A DNA stretch of 63,577 nt, the filler included, from Chiloscyllium plagiosum (Eukaryota), in assembly GCF_004010195.1 (NCBI RefSeq). It is 4 parts of one record of this genome, joined end to end, with 100 filler letters (N's around TTAATTAATTAA, not from the genome) between each part and the next. Parts side by side here need not be neighbours in the genome. Positions count along the whole stretch, not along the records: positions 1 to 31,112 come from NC_057716.1; 3 more parts are not named here. One strand, 5' to 3'. The notes beneath the pieces are model-generated. The model had not been told where the DNA came from, made no database searches, and saw nothing but the letters and a program-made list of their open reading frames with translations. Of the stretch, positions 1-14,480 are shown one piece after another. Each line of letters opens with the position of its first letter. The stretch's first letter is position 1. Both the position numbers and the translations under genes were made by a program.

Positions 1-1369
1 TGGGGGTGGGGGTGGATACTGTGTGTGGGTGGGATCTGGATGGAGAGTGGAAGTTTTGGCTGGTCACAGACTGAGGCTGGTGGGAAAGTGGTGTGAAGTG
101 TTGATGGTAGTGGTCGGGGTTGGTGAGATGAACTGGGGCATGTTTACAGAATAAACACTGTCAGTGATCACTCCAATGAAATCAAACTGTTGCTCACAAT
201 GACTGGGTAACATTCCTCAACACTTCTGTTTTGTGTTTGATATATTGATGGCCAGAATTTTAAACTTTAGATGAAAGCAAAACATTGAAAGCGTTCACAC
301 TGAGTGCCAGTAGATGCAGATTTACACTCACGAGAATCATTATCCATTATGGCAATGGAATGCATCACAAAAAGCTAGCTCTTGTAAAATTGGTATTTTA
401 TTGTGGCTCTTTAATGCTTGTTACAAAAATAATAATTCTTCCTAATCATTTTTCTTTCGAAGGACTATTGATATAACTTGGGACCTAATTTTCGAGCAAG
501 GATGTTCCTCGAATGAAGTCGCTTTTGTGTTTTAATATGGGGAGACACTAGGGAGTAATTAGAAACCAGGAATCTAATCAAGTGGCTTGTGTGATTTAGC
601 TTGTAGACAATGTGAGCCTTGAGGAACATGATTCACACAGCAGTAATGTTTTGCGCAAGTCAATGGTTCATCAGCTCTTTTGTTCATGATATTTACAAAT
701 TGTTTCTGTGTCACACCTTGTCCCACATTTATCCATTCAACTGTGACTTTTAACTACAATTTCAGCTCGAGACTGATGTTGCTCTTGCTTGGACCGTCAG
801 TTACATAATTTCAAATAGAAATGTACATCTCTCTAATTTGACTTTTGAGTGGCTGGGGTCTAAATGTACCCAAACTTTCTGAACGAGGAACAAGCTGAAC
901 GGATGTGAGGGGGAGGCATGGTTCAGGAAATGCGGGAATTCCTTTTAGTCTGTGATCTACTCAGAGTTAAGAAAATAACTTGTGCCTCGAGTTTTATGTT
1001 GCAACCATCTGAGATGCTCTGGGTTGGCCTATTGTCACCAATCCTTCTTATCAGTATTCATGTAAGTCAGGTTAAACAACCACCAATCATCTCTCTCTCT
1101 CTCTAATGATACAGAAACCCGGTGGTGACTTTAGTTTGATTTAGAGTAGGTTATTAGTACAAAGTAGGATGGATTCTCAGCCAAAGAATTCAGCAGAAGA
1201 CGTTCAATTTCGATAAAATCGGTTTAGTACATTGTGCTTAATAGCAATACAGTACACATTCTATCCAGTATACATGATTGTCTTTGTATAGCATCAGGCT
1301 TAACTTAAGAGGGAATTCACATTCCTGCTGTTAAAATTTCTCACACCTTGAAATGGTTTAGAAAATATT

Positions 1370-2192
1370 TAGTCATACAGTCATAAAGATGTACAGCATG
1401 GTCCAACTCATCCATGCTGACCAGATATCCCAACCCAATCTAGTCCCACCTGCCAGCACCCGGCCCATATGCCTCCAAACCCTTCCTATTCATATACCCA
1501 TCCAGATGCCTTTTAAATGTTGCAATTGTACCTCCACCATTTCCTCTGGCAGCTCATTCCATACTCACACTCCACCCTCTGCATAAAAAAATTGCCCCTT
1601 AGGTCCCTTTTAATTCTTTCCTCTCTCACCCTTGACCTAAGTCCTCTAGTTCTGGACTCCTCTACCCAGGGAAAAGACCTTGTCTATTTATCCTATCCAT
1701 GGCCCTCATGATTTTATAAACCTCTATAAGGTCACCCCTCAGCTTCCGACGCTCCAGGGAAAACAGCCCCAGCTTATTCAGCCTCTCCCTATAGTTCAAA
1801 TCCTCCAACCCTGGCAACATCTTTGTAAATCTTTTCTGAACCCTTTCAAGTTTCACAGCATCTTTTCGATAGGAAGGAAACCAGAATTGCACATAATATT
1901 CCAACAGTGGCCTAACCAATCTCCTGTACAGCCTCTACATGACCTCCCAACTCCTGTACTCAGTGCTCTGACCAATAAAGGAAAGCATACCAAACGGCTT
2001 CTTCACTATCCTATCTACCCTCAACTCTACTTTCAAGGAGCTATGAACCTGCACTCCAAGGCCTCTTTGTTCAGCAACACTCCCCAGGACCTTACCATTA
2101 AATGTATAATTCGTGCCAAGATTTGCTTTCCCAAAATGCAGCACCTCACATTTACCTAAATTAAACTCCACCTGCCACTCCTCAACCCATTG
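1370..2192 (-). mobile_element. CR1-clade LINE 3' fragment
   Basis: MEFNLGKCEVLHFGK...VRPLLEYYVQFWFPSYRKDAVKLERVQKRFTK...LRGDLIEVYKI (CR1 ORF2 C-terminus), plus 3'UTR and tail. Confidence 0.9.
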
Positions 2193-2635
2193 CCAGGATT
2201 GGAGTGTTTGAGCTACAAGGAGAGGCCAAATAGGCTAGAGCTGCTTACTCTGGAGCATTGGAGGGTGACAGGTGACCTTATACCCCTATGGATAGGGTAA
2301 ATAGAGAAACTCTTTTTCCCTGGGTAGGGAAGTCCAGAACTAGAGAGCTAGATTTAGGGTGAGAGGGGAAAGATTTAAAAGGGACCTAGGGGGAAAGGTT
2401 TTCAATCAGAGGGTGGTGCATGTATGGAATGAGCTGCCAGAGGAAATCGTGGAAACTGGTACAATTACAACATTTAAAAAGAATCTTGATGGGTATATGA
2501 ATAGGAAGGGTTTGGAGGGATATGGGCCAAGTGCTGGCAAATGGGACTAGATTAATGTAGGATATCTGGTCGGCATGGATGGGTTGGACTGAAGGATCTG
2601 TTTCTGTGCTGTACATCTCTATCATGCTCTGACAC
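2193..2635 (+). mobile_element. CR1-clade LINE 3' fragment, back-to-back with the previous copy
   Basis: RGERFKRDLGGKVFNQRVVHVWNELPEEIVE...GYGPSAGKWD and 3'UTR. Confidence 0.85.
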
Positions 2636-5301
2636 TGACTTAGCAAGAAACACAGAATCAGCTTAGACTTCTCCCAGAAAAAGTCCTTTATGTCCTGATG
2701 GATGGTGCTGAAAGAGTCATGGCTGATCCATCAAGCTCAATACTGTATTCTTTCCCCCACCCCCACCCGTCACATCTCTTGATCCCTCGAGCTATATCTA
2801 TCTCCTTCTTTAAAACACATTATGATTTGGCCTCAACCATTTACTATGTTAGTGAATCCCTCAGGTTTACCACTCTTTGGGTGAAGAAATCGCTCTTCTT
2901 CTCAATCCTAAAAGGTTTACCTTGATTCTAGACTCCCCCATCATTGGGAATATCACTCCTGTACTTAATCTGTCTACTCCTGTTAGAATTTAGTAGGTTT
3001 CTGTGAGGTCCCCCTCATTCTTCTAAGCTCCTCATACATCGGTCTTGCAATCCCAGAAACCAATCTGGTAAACATTTACTGCACTCCCTCTGTCCAGGAG
3101 ACCAAAACTGCACACATTATTCCAGGTGTGGTCTCACCAAGGCCCTGTATAGTTGCACCAGGACAATCCAGATCTCCTTGAACATTCCTCTCTCTCAAAT
3201 CACAGCCACTCAAATAATACTCTGCCTTCCTATTTTTGCTACCAAAGTGGATGACCTCACATTTTTCCAAATTATATCGCATCTGCCATTCATCTGTCCA
3301 CTCAGTCAGCCTGTCTACATCACACTGCGACATTTCTGCATTGTCCTCATAGCTCACCCTCACCAACGTCACACCCCCCAGCCCCCACCCCCCACCTCCC
3401 CCCCCCACACACACACACAGCTTTGTGCCGTTTAATCCTTTCAGTTACTAACCTGCTTCATACAATACGTTTCATGAACTCTGGATGAGTTAATGTTAAT
3501 ATTCAACCATCTGTCAAATCTCTCAGTCAGACTCCTGCTCATAATTCTCACCCAGATATCTGCATAACAGACATCCAGCCCCCTTGATCAACCCATGCAG
3601 CAACACACTGCAAACATTTATTGCATTTGAAATAATCCTCTGTCAAAGATTCTGTTCAATGTCAATGAAATTGAGGGACTGGACAACACAATGGGTTAAG
3701 TTCAAAAAGGATGGAAGGGACATTGACACTGACAGGAGACTCAATATTCAGAAGATGCAGCTTTCAGACAATCAGAAGGAGATGAGAAGATGCAGCTTTC
3801 AGACAATCAGAAGGACAATCTGGAATGCACTTAAATGACAATGGAAACAGATTCAACAGTAACTTTCTCAAACAGAATTGGACAAATGAATGTTGCTGAT
3901 AAAAGGGATGTATTTTGTTGAAACCTTTTTTCATCAGGACAATTTGCAAGAACACCATTATAGAGTGAACAACATATGAGTGCTAATTGTTTACCAAGTG
4001 AACACTGATTGATAGATTGGTTGCCATGGATACCTAAACAGGAACTGTTTTCAGGGCAATGGGGAAAGAGCAGGAGGAGTGGGGGTAATTGGATAGATTA
4101 TTCAAGGAGCTGGCACTGAACGAATGGGCCAAATGGCTACTACTTATGCTCTAAACACCTGTCTTTTGATTGGCTTCAAAGATCATAGAATCCCTACAGT
4201 GCAGATAGAGGCCTTTTGGCCCATCATGTCTGCACCAACTGTCTGAAGAGTATCTCACCCAGACCCACGCCTCTATCCTACCTTATTCCTGTAACCCTGC
4301 ACTTCCCATGGTTAACCCATCCCTGGACACTATGTATAATTTCCCACGGCCAAGCCACCTAACCTGCACACCTTTGGGAGGAAACTAAAGCACCCAGACG
4401 AAACCCACACAGACACAGGGGGGAATGTGCAAACTCCACACAGACAGTCACCCGAGGCTGGAATCGAACACGGGTCCCTCACGCTGTGAAGCAACACTGC
4501 TAATCACTGAGCCACCGTGCCACCCCAAAAGGCCGGCCACCCCAAGAGGCCTACAATCAGGATTGTAGGCGACAGTGAAAGGTCTCCGTGCAGGGAGACT
4601 ACTGCTTTTTGCAGGTCCTGTACTGTCTTAAACATAGCACCTATTTGATTAATTAATCAATGACTTTAATGGGTGGGCCCCAGCAGAACAGGTGGTAGTG
4701 GCCAAGAAAGGGCAGTGTATGACCCTGGGTCTGCTGTTTTTAGCCCAGTTCGAGTCATGTCCTACAGTAGCCTGTAGCATGCAGCCTATAGTGGGTACAG
4801 ATGGGCTCATTATGGATCGAAATAGCATCATTTATATTTAGACAAAAGCCACAGGATCCCCTTGACAAGCAATAATTTACACAAATTAATGTTTAACTAA
4901 CAGATTTATAAGGATGTTGCTGGGACTGGAGGGTTGAGCTATAGGAAGAGACTGAATAGGCTAGGGCTTTCTCTCCTGATGCATCAGAGACTGAACTTTA
5001 TAGAAATTTATAAAATCATGAGGTGCATGGTTAGGGTAAATAGACGAGGTCTTTTAAAACTAAGGGACATAGATTTAAGGTGAGAGGGGAAAGATTTAAA
5101 AAGGACCTAAAGGGAAACTTTTTCACAGAGGGTGGTGCGTGTATGGAATGAGCTGCCAGAGGAAGTGGTGGAGGCTGGTACACTTACAGCATTTAAAAGG
5201 CATCTGGATGGGTATATGAATAGGAAGGGTTTGGAGAGATATGGGCCAAGTGCTGGCAAATGGGACTGGGTCAGATTGAGATGTCTGATCAGGTGGACAA
5301 G

Positions 5302-5950
5302 GTTAAAAAGTTTTACCTGCACATCCACCAATGTATTGGTGAATTTATTGTATCCATTGCTCCCAATGCGGACTCCTCTACATTGGGGAGACTGGACGCC
5401 TCCTCACAGAGTGCGTTAGGGGAACATCTCTGGGACACCCGCACCAATCAACCCCACCGCCCTGTGGCTCACATTTCAACTCCCCCTCTCACTCTGCCGA
5501 GGACATGCAGGTCCTGGGCCTCCTCCACCACCGCTCCCTCACCACCCAACGCCTAGAGGAAGAACGCCTCATCTTCCGCCTCGGAACACTTCAACCCCAG
5601 GACATCAATGTGGACTTCATCAGTTTCCTCATTTCCCCTCCTCCCACCTTACCCCAGCTCCAACCTTTCAGCTCAGCACCGCCCTCATGACTTGTCCTAC
5701 CTGCCTATCTTCCTTTCCACCTATCCACTCCACCCTCCTCTCTAACCTATCATCTCCATCCCTACCCCCATTCACCTATTGTACTCTATGCTACTTTCTC
5801 CCCACCCCACCCTCCTCTCAGTTATCGCTCCACTCTGCAGGCATCCTGCCTCTATTCCTGATGAAGGACTTTTGCCCGAAGCGTCGATTTTCCTGCTCCT
5901 CGGATGCTGCCTGAACTGCTGTGCTTTTCCAGCACCATTCTAATCTAGAA
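5302..5950 (+). mobile_element. Penelope-like element 3' remnant (GIY-YIG endonuclease, C-rich 3'UTR, hammerhead motif) inserted in a CR1 tail
   Basis: Frameshifted FTCTSTNV..YCIHCSQCGLLYIGETGR...EHLWDTRTNQPHRPVA.H...LEEERLIFRLGTLQPQDINVDF. Degenerate hammerhead CTGATGAAGGACTTTTGCCCGAAGCGTC at about 5858-5885. Flanking near-duplication TCTGA(T/C)CAGGTGG(A/T)CAAG at 5284-5301 and 5951-5968. Confidence 0.85.
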
Positions 5951-6795
5951 TCTGACCAGGTGGTCAAGTTGAACCGAAGGGTCTGTTTCCGTGCTGTACG
6001 ACTCTGTTGTGACTCTGTAAACAGGGAGAGAAAGAAGAAAGATTTGGGGGGGGGGGGGGAGCTGTAGTTTCATGTTATTTTTGTGATACAGTAACCAATG
6101 GTTTATTCACCCACAAAAGGATGAAGAGGGCAATTGCTATTCCCCTCCCTAGCTCCGTCCCTTGTACCCTGCAGTTTCACATTCCAGAATTTAAAAGCGT
6201 AAGGTAGGTTGAAAGACGTGTTTTTAGCTTCGTGGAGGTTGTAAAGTGTCAGATGGAGCAGAGACCTTGGGCGGGGTGAAGCTGAAGGGGGAGGTGGACA
6301 GCTCCCTTGGCAACCTAATGAAAATCAAAACAATAACGCGAGGCTGTTCGGAGACTATCAGGAGAGATTATTAAACAAAGCCAGCACCTCAAATAACCTC
6401 AAGGTGGAATCTGCCTGAAAGTGAAAATTGTATTCAGTCACGGCTCAGCACTGAATCGTGGTGAAAACAAAGTTCCTTCCTCCTTCTAGTGCCCAGGTGG
6501 ATGCCAATGGTCCATTCAGGTAAATTTCTTTGTTAAGATTCTGTAGCGATTGATACAACTGAGTGGTTTGCTAGGCCTTTTCAGGAGGCAGTTAAGAGTC
6601 AGCTATATCAGTTTGGGTCTGGAGCCATATGTAGGCCAGATCAAAGATGGATGGCAGATTTCCTTCCCTAAAAGACATTAGTAAACCACATGGGTTTTTA
6701 CAATAACCAGCAATGGGTTCACAGTGATCTCTTGTTTCCAGATAGTTATTGAATTTAAATTCCACCATCTGCCGTGGCAAGAATTGGTACCCAGG

Positions 6796-7000
6796 TCCTC
6801 AGAACATCAGGTCAGGCAGCATCCAAGGAACAGGAGAATTGACGTTTCGGGCATAAGCCCTTCTTCAGGAAGGGCTTATGCCCGAAACGTCGATTCTCCT
6901 GTTCCTTGGATGCTGCCTGACCTGCTGCGCTTTTCCAGCAACACATTTTCAGCTCTGATCTCCAGCATCTGCAGTCCTCACTTTCTCCTCAGAACATCAG
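6796..7000. mobile_element. Short palindromic hammerhead-bearing PLE-derived element (family A) with TSD
   Basis: Inverted arms around CCCTTCTTCAGGAAGGG. Direct repeat TCCTCAGAACATCAG at 6796-6810 and 6986-7000. Confidence 0.85.
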
Positions 7001-7559
7001 CTGAGTTTCTGAATTAATAGTCTGGTGAGACTAGTCTCACAAGAGACCATCATGTCTCTTAGATGTAAACTAACTAGCTATTAAGTACTGTGTAATAAAC
7101 CTTTACTGTTTACCAAGATTGAAGCTCATTTCCACTAAAGACTAAAAATTGAATTGAATTGAATTAGCTTTATTGTCACATGGACTCAAGTGCTGAGTAC
7201 AGTAAAAGGTCACCACTTACACCGCCATCTTAGGTAGAAAGGTACCTAGATACAATCCTAGTGTGGGCATGGTTCCCACTGGTATCAGTAGCTGATACTA
7301 ATACAAACTACAGCAGAAAGTTTGGTGGCAGTGAATCAACCCTAGCTATCTTGCATGACTTCGGTAAACAGGACAGAACATATGTGGACTCTTAGGCGAA
7401 AGTGAGGACTCCAGATGCTGGAGATTAAAGTTGAGAGTGTAGTGATGGAAAAGCACAGCAGGTCAGGCAGCATCTGAGGCAGGAGAATTGATGTTTCAGG
7501 CAAAAGCCCTTCATCTGGCATCCTGTAATATGGACTCCAAATCTAGAGACTTAGGTAAC

Positions 7560-7850
7560 ACACTGGGACCTCGGTTCGAATCCAGCCACAGCAGATCGTG
7601 GAATTTGAATTCAATAAAAATCTGGAGTTAAGGGTCTAATAATATCTCAAATCCATTGTCAATTGTTGGGAAAAATCCATCTGGTTCACTAATGTCCTTG
7701 AGGGAAAGAAACTGCCATCCTTACCTAGTCTGGTTGACATGTGACTCCAGACCCACAGCAATATGGGTGACTCTTAACTGCCCTCTGGGCAATTAGGGAT
7801 GGGCAATAAATGCTGGCCTAGCCAGCGATGCCCTCATTGGGTGAATGAAT
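7560..7850 (+). mobile_element. Old tRNA-derived SINE (third family)
   Basis: GGTTCGAATCC B box, TGGAATTTGAATTCAATAAAAA and CCATCTGGTTCACTAATGTCC core. Copies at about 6590-6800(-), 16855-17170(+), 28740-29030(-), 48030-48310(+), 62170-62400(+). Confidence 0.65.
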
Positions 7851-9189
7851 AATATGAAAAATAAGATGGTGACAGCAGTAGACAACAGGACTTCACATAA
7901 AACATACTCCAGTCCCCAGGAAGCATGGGTCTACGTTTCTGTACTGCCTTTCAGCATCTCATTCCAATGTGCTTACTATAACCAATTAAGCATTTAACAT
8001 AATAGCCTGGCTTCTGTTTCCAACAGAATTTACAGTTACAATACAGGAACAGCTGCATCCACATTACATACAGCAAGCTCCAACAGACAGCAAGTCTGAC
8101 AATGACCAGATTACCAGTTTAGTTTGTTCCTGACGAACAGCAAACTACTGCAGATGTTGGAAAAGCAAACACCTAAAGTGCTGGAGAACCTCAGCGGGTC
8201 TGGTAGCCTCTGTGAAGAGTGAAACAGAATTAACGTTTCTGAAACAACTCTCCTTCGGAACTTAACTGAACTTTTTGCGTCATTGGTTTTTAAGACAAAT
8301 CATTGTCCAGGGATAGAACTTCTCCACTTTTTATCAACTTGTGGCCCTGAGACCTTTTACATCCATGCAAGATGGCGTACAGGGGGTCGCTTTTGAAGGT
8401 TACTTCCAGAAGATGATATGTTGTACAGTGTGACCCAGCTCCAACCTCAGAGTTGTGGACAAATAGCAGGGTAAATAGGGGAAAGGTGAGGAGTACACAG
8501 AGGAGAACATAAGCAATGGAAGGGAAGTCCCTGTCAGGGATAGTTGGGGAGTTGCTGGAAATTAATCCAAGTCAGTCTCAACCAAAGCAATAAGGTGAAG
8601 TAAAAATTAAGGTATCGGGAAATTGGAGCTGTTCTGTTCAATTTAGTACAAGAGTAAATTAGCTCTCATAATTTAGCTTTGCAAGGCAGCCGTAAGAATA
8701 AATTAAATCTGCATTTACCACAAGCTATATCCCAACAAGTGGACCATCATTTCTGTAAGTGTAGCCACAAACAGTTTCAAATTCACTGTTTTATTATCGA
8801 GTGGAAGGACAGGCGATTTTAAAAGCTGCTTAGGGAATTGAATTGATTACAAGCCAGAGCCAATCTGGCTGGGCAAAGTCAGAGGACGAGTTATCAGCAG
8901 GTAAAACAGCAGAGGAATCTATATTGATGGCTCTTCATTTATAAATTACAAGGATAGAATTGTTGGGTTGCAATAAGTGGACATAAACTAATGGGCATAA
9001 ACAGAGGCTGTTAGCTGGCATTGGAGCAGTTGATATCCTGTTGCTTATAAAAGGAGTGTTTTGTTGTGACAGTGAGAGACGCAATCTTGAGGCTGTGTCA
9101 CTTACTCAATGCTAGATGAGGCTGGTGGAGTAGCTTTGAGCACAGTTATCAGTCTTTCCGCAAGTTGTGAGCTTCAAGGCATATTACCG

Positions 9190-10110
9190 AACATAAACAT
9201 AGAACAGTACAGCACAGGAACAGGCCCTTCGGCCCACGATGTTGAGCCGACTGTGATGCCAAATTAAACTAATCCCTTCTGCCTGCCCATGGTCCATAGC
9301 CCTCCATTCCTTGCTTATTGATGTGCTTATCAAAAAGCCCCTTAAACATCCCTATCATTCTGAGGAAGGGTCACCAGACCCCAAAACGTTAACTCTGATT
9401 CCTCTACACAGGTGCTGCCAGACCTGCTGAGCTTTTCCAGCAACTTCTGGTTTTGTCCCTATTGTATCTGCCTCCACCACCATCACCCCTGGCAGTGTGT
9501 TCCACACTCCTCCCACTCTCTGTGTAAAACACGTGCCCCTCACATCTCCTTTGAACTTTCCCGGTCTCATCTTAAATGCATGCTCCCTAGCAATAGACAT
9601 TTCAACCTGGGAAAAAGATTCTGACCGTCAACCCTATCCATGCATCTCATAATTTTATAGACTTTTATCAAGTCTCTCCTCAGCCTCCATCACTTCAGAG
9701 AAAACAACCTTAGTTTGTCCAACCTCTCCTTATAGCTCGTACCCCCTAATCCAGGAGACATCCTGGTAAAACTCTTCTGCACCTTCTCCAAAGCCCCCAC
9801 ATCCTTCCTGTAATGTAGTGATCAGAATTGAATACAATACTTAAGTGTGGCTCAAGCAAAGTTTTATAAAGCTGCAACATGACATCCTGACTCTTGTATT
9901 CCTGATGAAGGGCTTATGCCCGAAATGTTGATTCTCCTGCTCCTCGGATGCTGCCTGACCTGCTGTGCTTTTCCAGCACCACACTCTCCACTCTGATCTC
10001 CAGCATCTGCAGACCTCACTTTTTCCTCTTGCATTCCATGCCCCAACCAATAAAGGCAAACATGCCACACGCCTTCTTTTCCACCCGATTTACTTGCGTG
10101 GCCTCTTTCA
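9190..10110 (-). mobile_element. CR1-clade LINE 3' fragment interrupted by two single-arm hammerhead-type elements (about 9357-9455 and 9903-10025)
   Basis: CR1 tail (GAACATA)n and ORF2 C-terminal remnants. The second insert is flanked by CTCTTG(T/C)ATTCC at 9891-9902 and 10026-10037. Confidence 0.8.
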
Positions 10111-11289
10111 GGGAGTGTGGCCACTTTCAGGGAGTTTCTGTTTTTATTCTGCAGCAGGTAATAGAGAAGGTAAATTGGAATTTTGACATTTACTACTAAA
10201 AGAATAGAGTATAAACATAGGGAGATGTTGCTGCAACTATACAAGGTATTAGTGAGAATGCACCTGGAGTACTGTGTACAATTTTAACCCCCTTACTTGA
10301 AAGGAAATGGTTGCATTGTAGGTAGTTCAGAGGAGGCTCACTGGAGATAAGGGGCTTGTCTTATGAAGAAAGGTTGAACAGTTTAGGCCGATACACTCTA
10401 GAGTTTAGAAGAATGCAAGAAGATCTAATTGAGGTCTATAAGATTCTTAGACATTGGCAAAGTAGGTGTGGAGCAGATAATGTGGAGTAATCTAGAACAA
10501 GAGGGCATGGTTTAGGATAAGGAATGGACAATTTAAAACAGAAACAAGGAAGAATTACTTCTCTCAAAGGATCGCAAATCTATGGAATTGACTCCCCAGA
10601 TGCTGGGGCCTTGACTAAATGTATGGAGGAGATAGATTTTTAATGAGAAATGGGTTGGAGCAGACAGGAAAGTGAAGTCGAGGCTGAGATGAGATCGTAT
10701 CAAATGGTGAGCAAGCCTGAGGGGCTGAATTCGACTGAAGGGTCTGTTTCTGTGACTAGATTAGATTCCCTACAGTGTAGAAACAGGCCCTTTGGCCCAA
10801 CAAGTCCACACCTACCTTCCGAAGAGTAACCCACCCAGACCCATTTCCCTCTGACTAATGTACCTACTACTATGGGCAATTTAGCATGGCCAATTCACCT
10901 GCCCTGCACACCTTTGGACTATGGGAGGAAACCAGAGCAAACCCACACAGACTCGGGGAGAACGTACAAACTCCACACAGACAGTCGCCTGAGGCTGGAA
11001 TCGAACCTGGGTCCCTGGTACTGTGAGGCAACATTGCTAATCACTGAGCCACCATGCCACCCCAAATACCCCTGCTCCTAGTTCTTATGTTAACATCCCT
11101 AACTGACCTTGAACTCAGTGCCTTGTGAGGCCATTTCAGAGTCAACTATATTCTAGACTGTCCAGCCGTGATTGATTGGTTTAGACAATCGATGCGAAAT
11201 TCCTGGCTGTTATCAGACTTATGAATGGATCTCTCATATATTAGAGTTGATCTTTCTCTACCCCTTCTCTGTAGCTGTGACACTATATA

Positions 11290-12352
11290 CCCCGGGAATT
11301 ACAGGCCAGTTAGTCTTACTTCGGTGGTAGGCAAAGTAATGGAAAGGGTACTGAGGGATAGGATTTATGAGTATCTGGAAAGACACTGCTTGATTAGGGA
11401 CAGCCAGCACGGATTTGTGAGGGGTAGGTCTTGCCTTACAAGTCTTATTGAATTCTTTGAGGAGGTGACCAAGCATGTGGATGAGGGAAGAGCAGTGGAT
11501 GTAGTGTACATGGATTTTAGTAAGGCATTTGATAAGGTTCCCCATGGTAGGCTAATGCGGAAAGNNNNNNNNNNNNNNNNNNNNNNNNNNNNNNNNNNNN
11601 NNNNNNNNNNNNNNNNNNNNNNNNNNNNNNNNNNNNNNNNNNNNNNNNNNNNNNNNNNNNNNNNNNNNNNNNNNNNNNNNNNNNNNNNNNNNNNNNNNNN
11701 NNNNNNNNNNNNNNNNNNNNNNNNNNNNNNNNNNNNNNNNNNNNNNNNNNNNNNNNNNNNNNNNNNNNNNNNNNNNNNNNNNNNNNNNNNNNNNNNNNNN
11801 NNNNNNNNNNNNNNNNNNNNNNNNNNNNNNNNNNNNNNNNNNNNNNNNNNNNNNNNNNNNNNNNNNNNNNNNNNNNNNNNNNNNNNNNNNNNNNNNNNNN
11901 NNNNNNNNNNNNNNNNNNNNNNNNNNNGAGAGGAAGTCGTACGAGGCTAGGTTGAGAGTTCTCGGCCTTTTCTTGTTGGAACGGCGAAGGATGAGGGGTG
12001 ACTTGATCGAGGTTTATAAGATGATCAGAGGAATAGGTAGAGTAGACAGTCAGAAACTTTTTTTCCATGGGTACAACAGAGTGTTACAAGGGGACGTAAA
12101 TTTAAGGTGAAGGGTGGAAGGTATAGGGGAGATGTCAGGGGTGGGTTCTTTACCCAGAGAGTGGTGGGGGCATGGAATGCGCTGCCTATGGGAGTGGCAG
12201 AGTCAGAATCATTGGCGACCTTTAAGCGGCAATTGGATAGGTACATGGATGGGTGCTTAAGCTAGGACAAATGTTCGGCACAACATCGTGGGCCGAAGGG
12301 CCTGTTCTGTTCTGTATTGTTCTATGTTCTATGTCTATGTTCTATGTTCTAT
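11290..12352 (+). mobile_element. CR1 LINE ORF2 (reverse transcriptase) fragment spanning an N gap, with (TTCTATG)n tail
   Basis: PGNYRPVSLTSVVGKVME...SQHGFVRGRSCLTSLIEFFEEVT...VDVVYMDFSKAFDKVPH. Confidence 0.92.
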
Positions 12353-13514
12353 ATATTCTGTTCTATTACCCTGTTATCTAAGGTACGATTTGTCTGGACA
12401 GCATGCAAAACAATATTTTTCACTGTATCTCAGTACATGTGACAATAATTAATCAAATCAAATCAAATAAACAATGGTACATTAGTTCTAGATTCTCTGT
12501 TAAGAGGAAATATCCATTCCACATCCACCTCAAGATCTTGTTGGTTTCAATCAGAAGCATAACATCCTTATGTTTATGTTCAATTCCTCCCATAATAAAG
12601 GATAGCATCCCATTAGCCTTCCTGATTACATGCTCTACCTGCACACTAATGATTGTGACTCATTCACTAGGGCACCTGGATCTCTCTACATTGCAGAATT
12701 CTGCAGTCATTCTCTGTTTAAGTCTCCATTCCTAGTCGATATCCTGCAATAGTTCTCAAACTAAACTTTGCAACCACACTTGTCGACATACTTCATTAGT
12801 TATTAAATATCCCAAGGTCATGAAAAGTATTTACGTAAATGCTCTTTCTTTATCTTTGTGATTAAAAAGAGAGAGTACTTTTATGAGAGGAAGTGGTGTA
12901 TGTAGGTACAGTTAGAATATGTAAAAGACATTTGGACAGATACATGGATCAGAAAAGTTTAGAGAAATATGAACCAAACAGAGGCAAATGGGAAGAGATT
13001 AGTTTGAGAAATGTGGTCAGCATTGGACAGTTGGACCAAATGGTCTATTTCCATGCGTATGGCTCAATGACTTATAGGAAAATATAGAGGACCTGATCAT
13101 ATAGTTGAAAGTGGAATTTAATCCTGCAAAGTGTGAGGTGATGCAGTTTGGTTGGACCAACCAGGTAAGGGAGGACACGTTGAGTGGTAGGACCCTAGGA
13201 AGTACAGGGGATCAGAGTGCATGTTCGTAGATCCTTGAAGCAGCAGGGCAAGTAGATGAGGTGGTTAAGAAGACATGTGGGATATGTGCCTATATTAACC
13301 ATGACACTGAATACAAGAGAAGAGAGGTTATGATGGAGCTGAATATAACATTAGTTTGGCCACAGCTGGAGTACAGTGTGCAGTTCTGATCACTGCACTA
13401 TCGGAAGGATGTGATTGCACTGGAGGGGGTGCAGAGGAGATTCACTAGGATGTACTGAAAACAACAAATGCAGGAGATCACAGCGTATCAGACAGCATCC
13501 ATGGAGAGAGAGTA

Positions 13515-13553
13515 AGCTAACGTTTCAAGTCTAGATGACTCTTCATCAGAGCT
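13515..13553 (-). ncRNA. Minimal type I hammerhead ribozyme motif at a PLE 3' end
   Basis: Minus strand AGCT-CTGATGA-A-GAGTC-ATCTA-GACTT-GAAA-CG-TT-AGCT: 4-bp stem I, 5-bp stem II (one G-U), palindromic ACGT helix III. Confidence 0.72.
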
Positions 13554-14480
13554 GAAGTGAAATGTGGAGGGGACAGCATTTATACTATAGTTTGGGGTGG
13601 GAGGGTGTGGTGTTAGTGGGTGTAGGGTGCTGGTGAAGAAAAGATGCTGATAGTTCAGATTAAGTGATGGGAATGTGAGAACGGCAGAACATTGGTGTGT
13701 TCTCCTGCCAGACTGGGAAGGACAGTAACCGGGATGGGGGGGGAGGGGAGAGAGGACATGATAACAAGCTAAAAGACAGGGAAGAAATGTTCACAATCTG
13801 AAGATGTTGAGCTCAATATTAAGCTCCAGAGGCTGTAAAGTGCCTCATCTGAAGATGTGACGTTGTTCCTCCAGTTTGAGCTGTGATTCCTGATGAAAGG
13901 TTATGCCCAAAACGTCGATTCTCCTGCTCCTCGGATGCTGCCAGATCTGCTGTGCTTTTCCAGCACCACACTCTCGACTCTGATTTCCAACATCTGCAGT
14001 CCTCACTTTCCCCTAATCACAGTTGGTAGGAAACCACGACCATGGAAGAAACAGGCCATGTCGGAAGCACTGGTTTGGAAGGTGCTATCATCTGAACAGA
14101 TACGATGTTGGTGAAGGAACTGGGAGAATGGAATGGGATCCTTGCAATATGTGGGGTGTGACGAGCTGTAGTGAGGGTAGCTATGGGAGTCTGTGACTTT
14201 GTAATGGATGGCAGTGGACAGGTTATTCCCCGAAATGGAGACAGAGAGGTCAAGGAAAGGAAGGGACCCCTCCCTTACCATAGCAGGTCATGTTAACACA
14301 GCATCCTGCTCACATGTCCTACGTGTCTGTCCTCGGCACGCTGCAGTGTTCCAGTGAATCACAGCGCAAACCGAAGGAACAGCATCACATCTTCAGCTGA
14401 GGCATTTTACAGCCTTCAAGAGCTTAATATTGACTCCAACACCTTCAATAGTGAACAATTTCTTCTCTTTCTTTTAGCTT

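Noticed and set aside
4549..4570. 10-bp perfect hairpin GCCTACAATC-AG-GATTGTAGGC
   Set aside because: Single short palindrome with no second copy or context suggesting function.
6724..7017. Recurrent short ORFs such as MLPDLLRFSS / CWKSAAGQAAS across the window
   Set aside because: Chance translations of the non-coding palindromic element in several frames.
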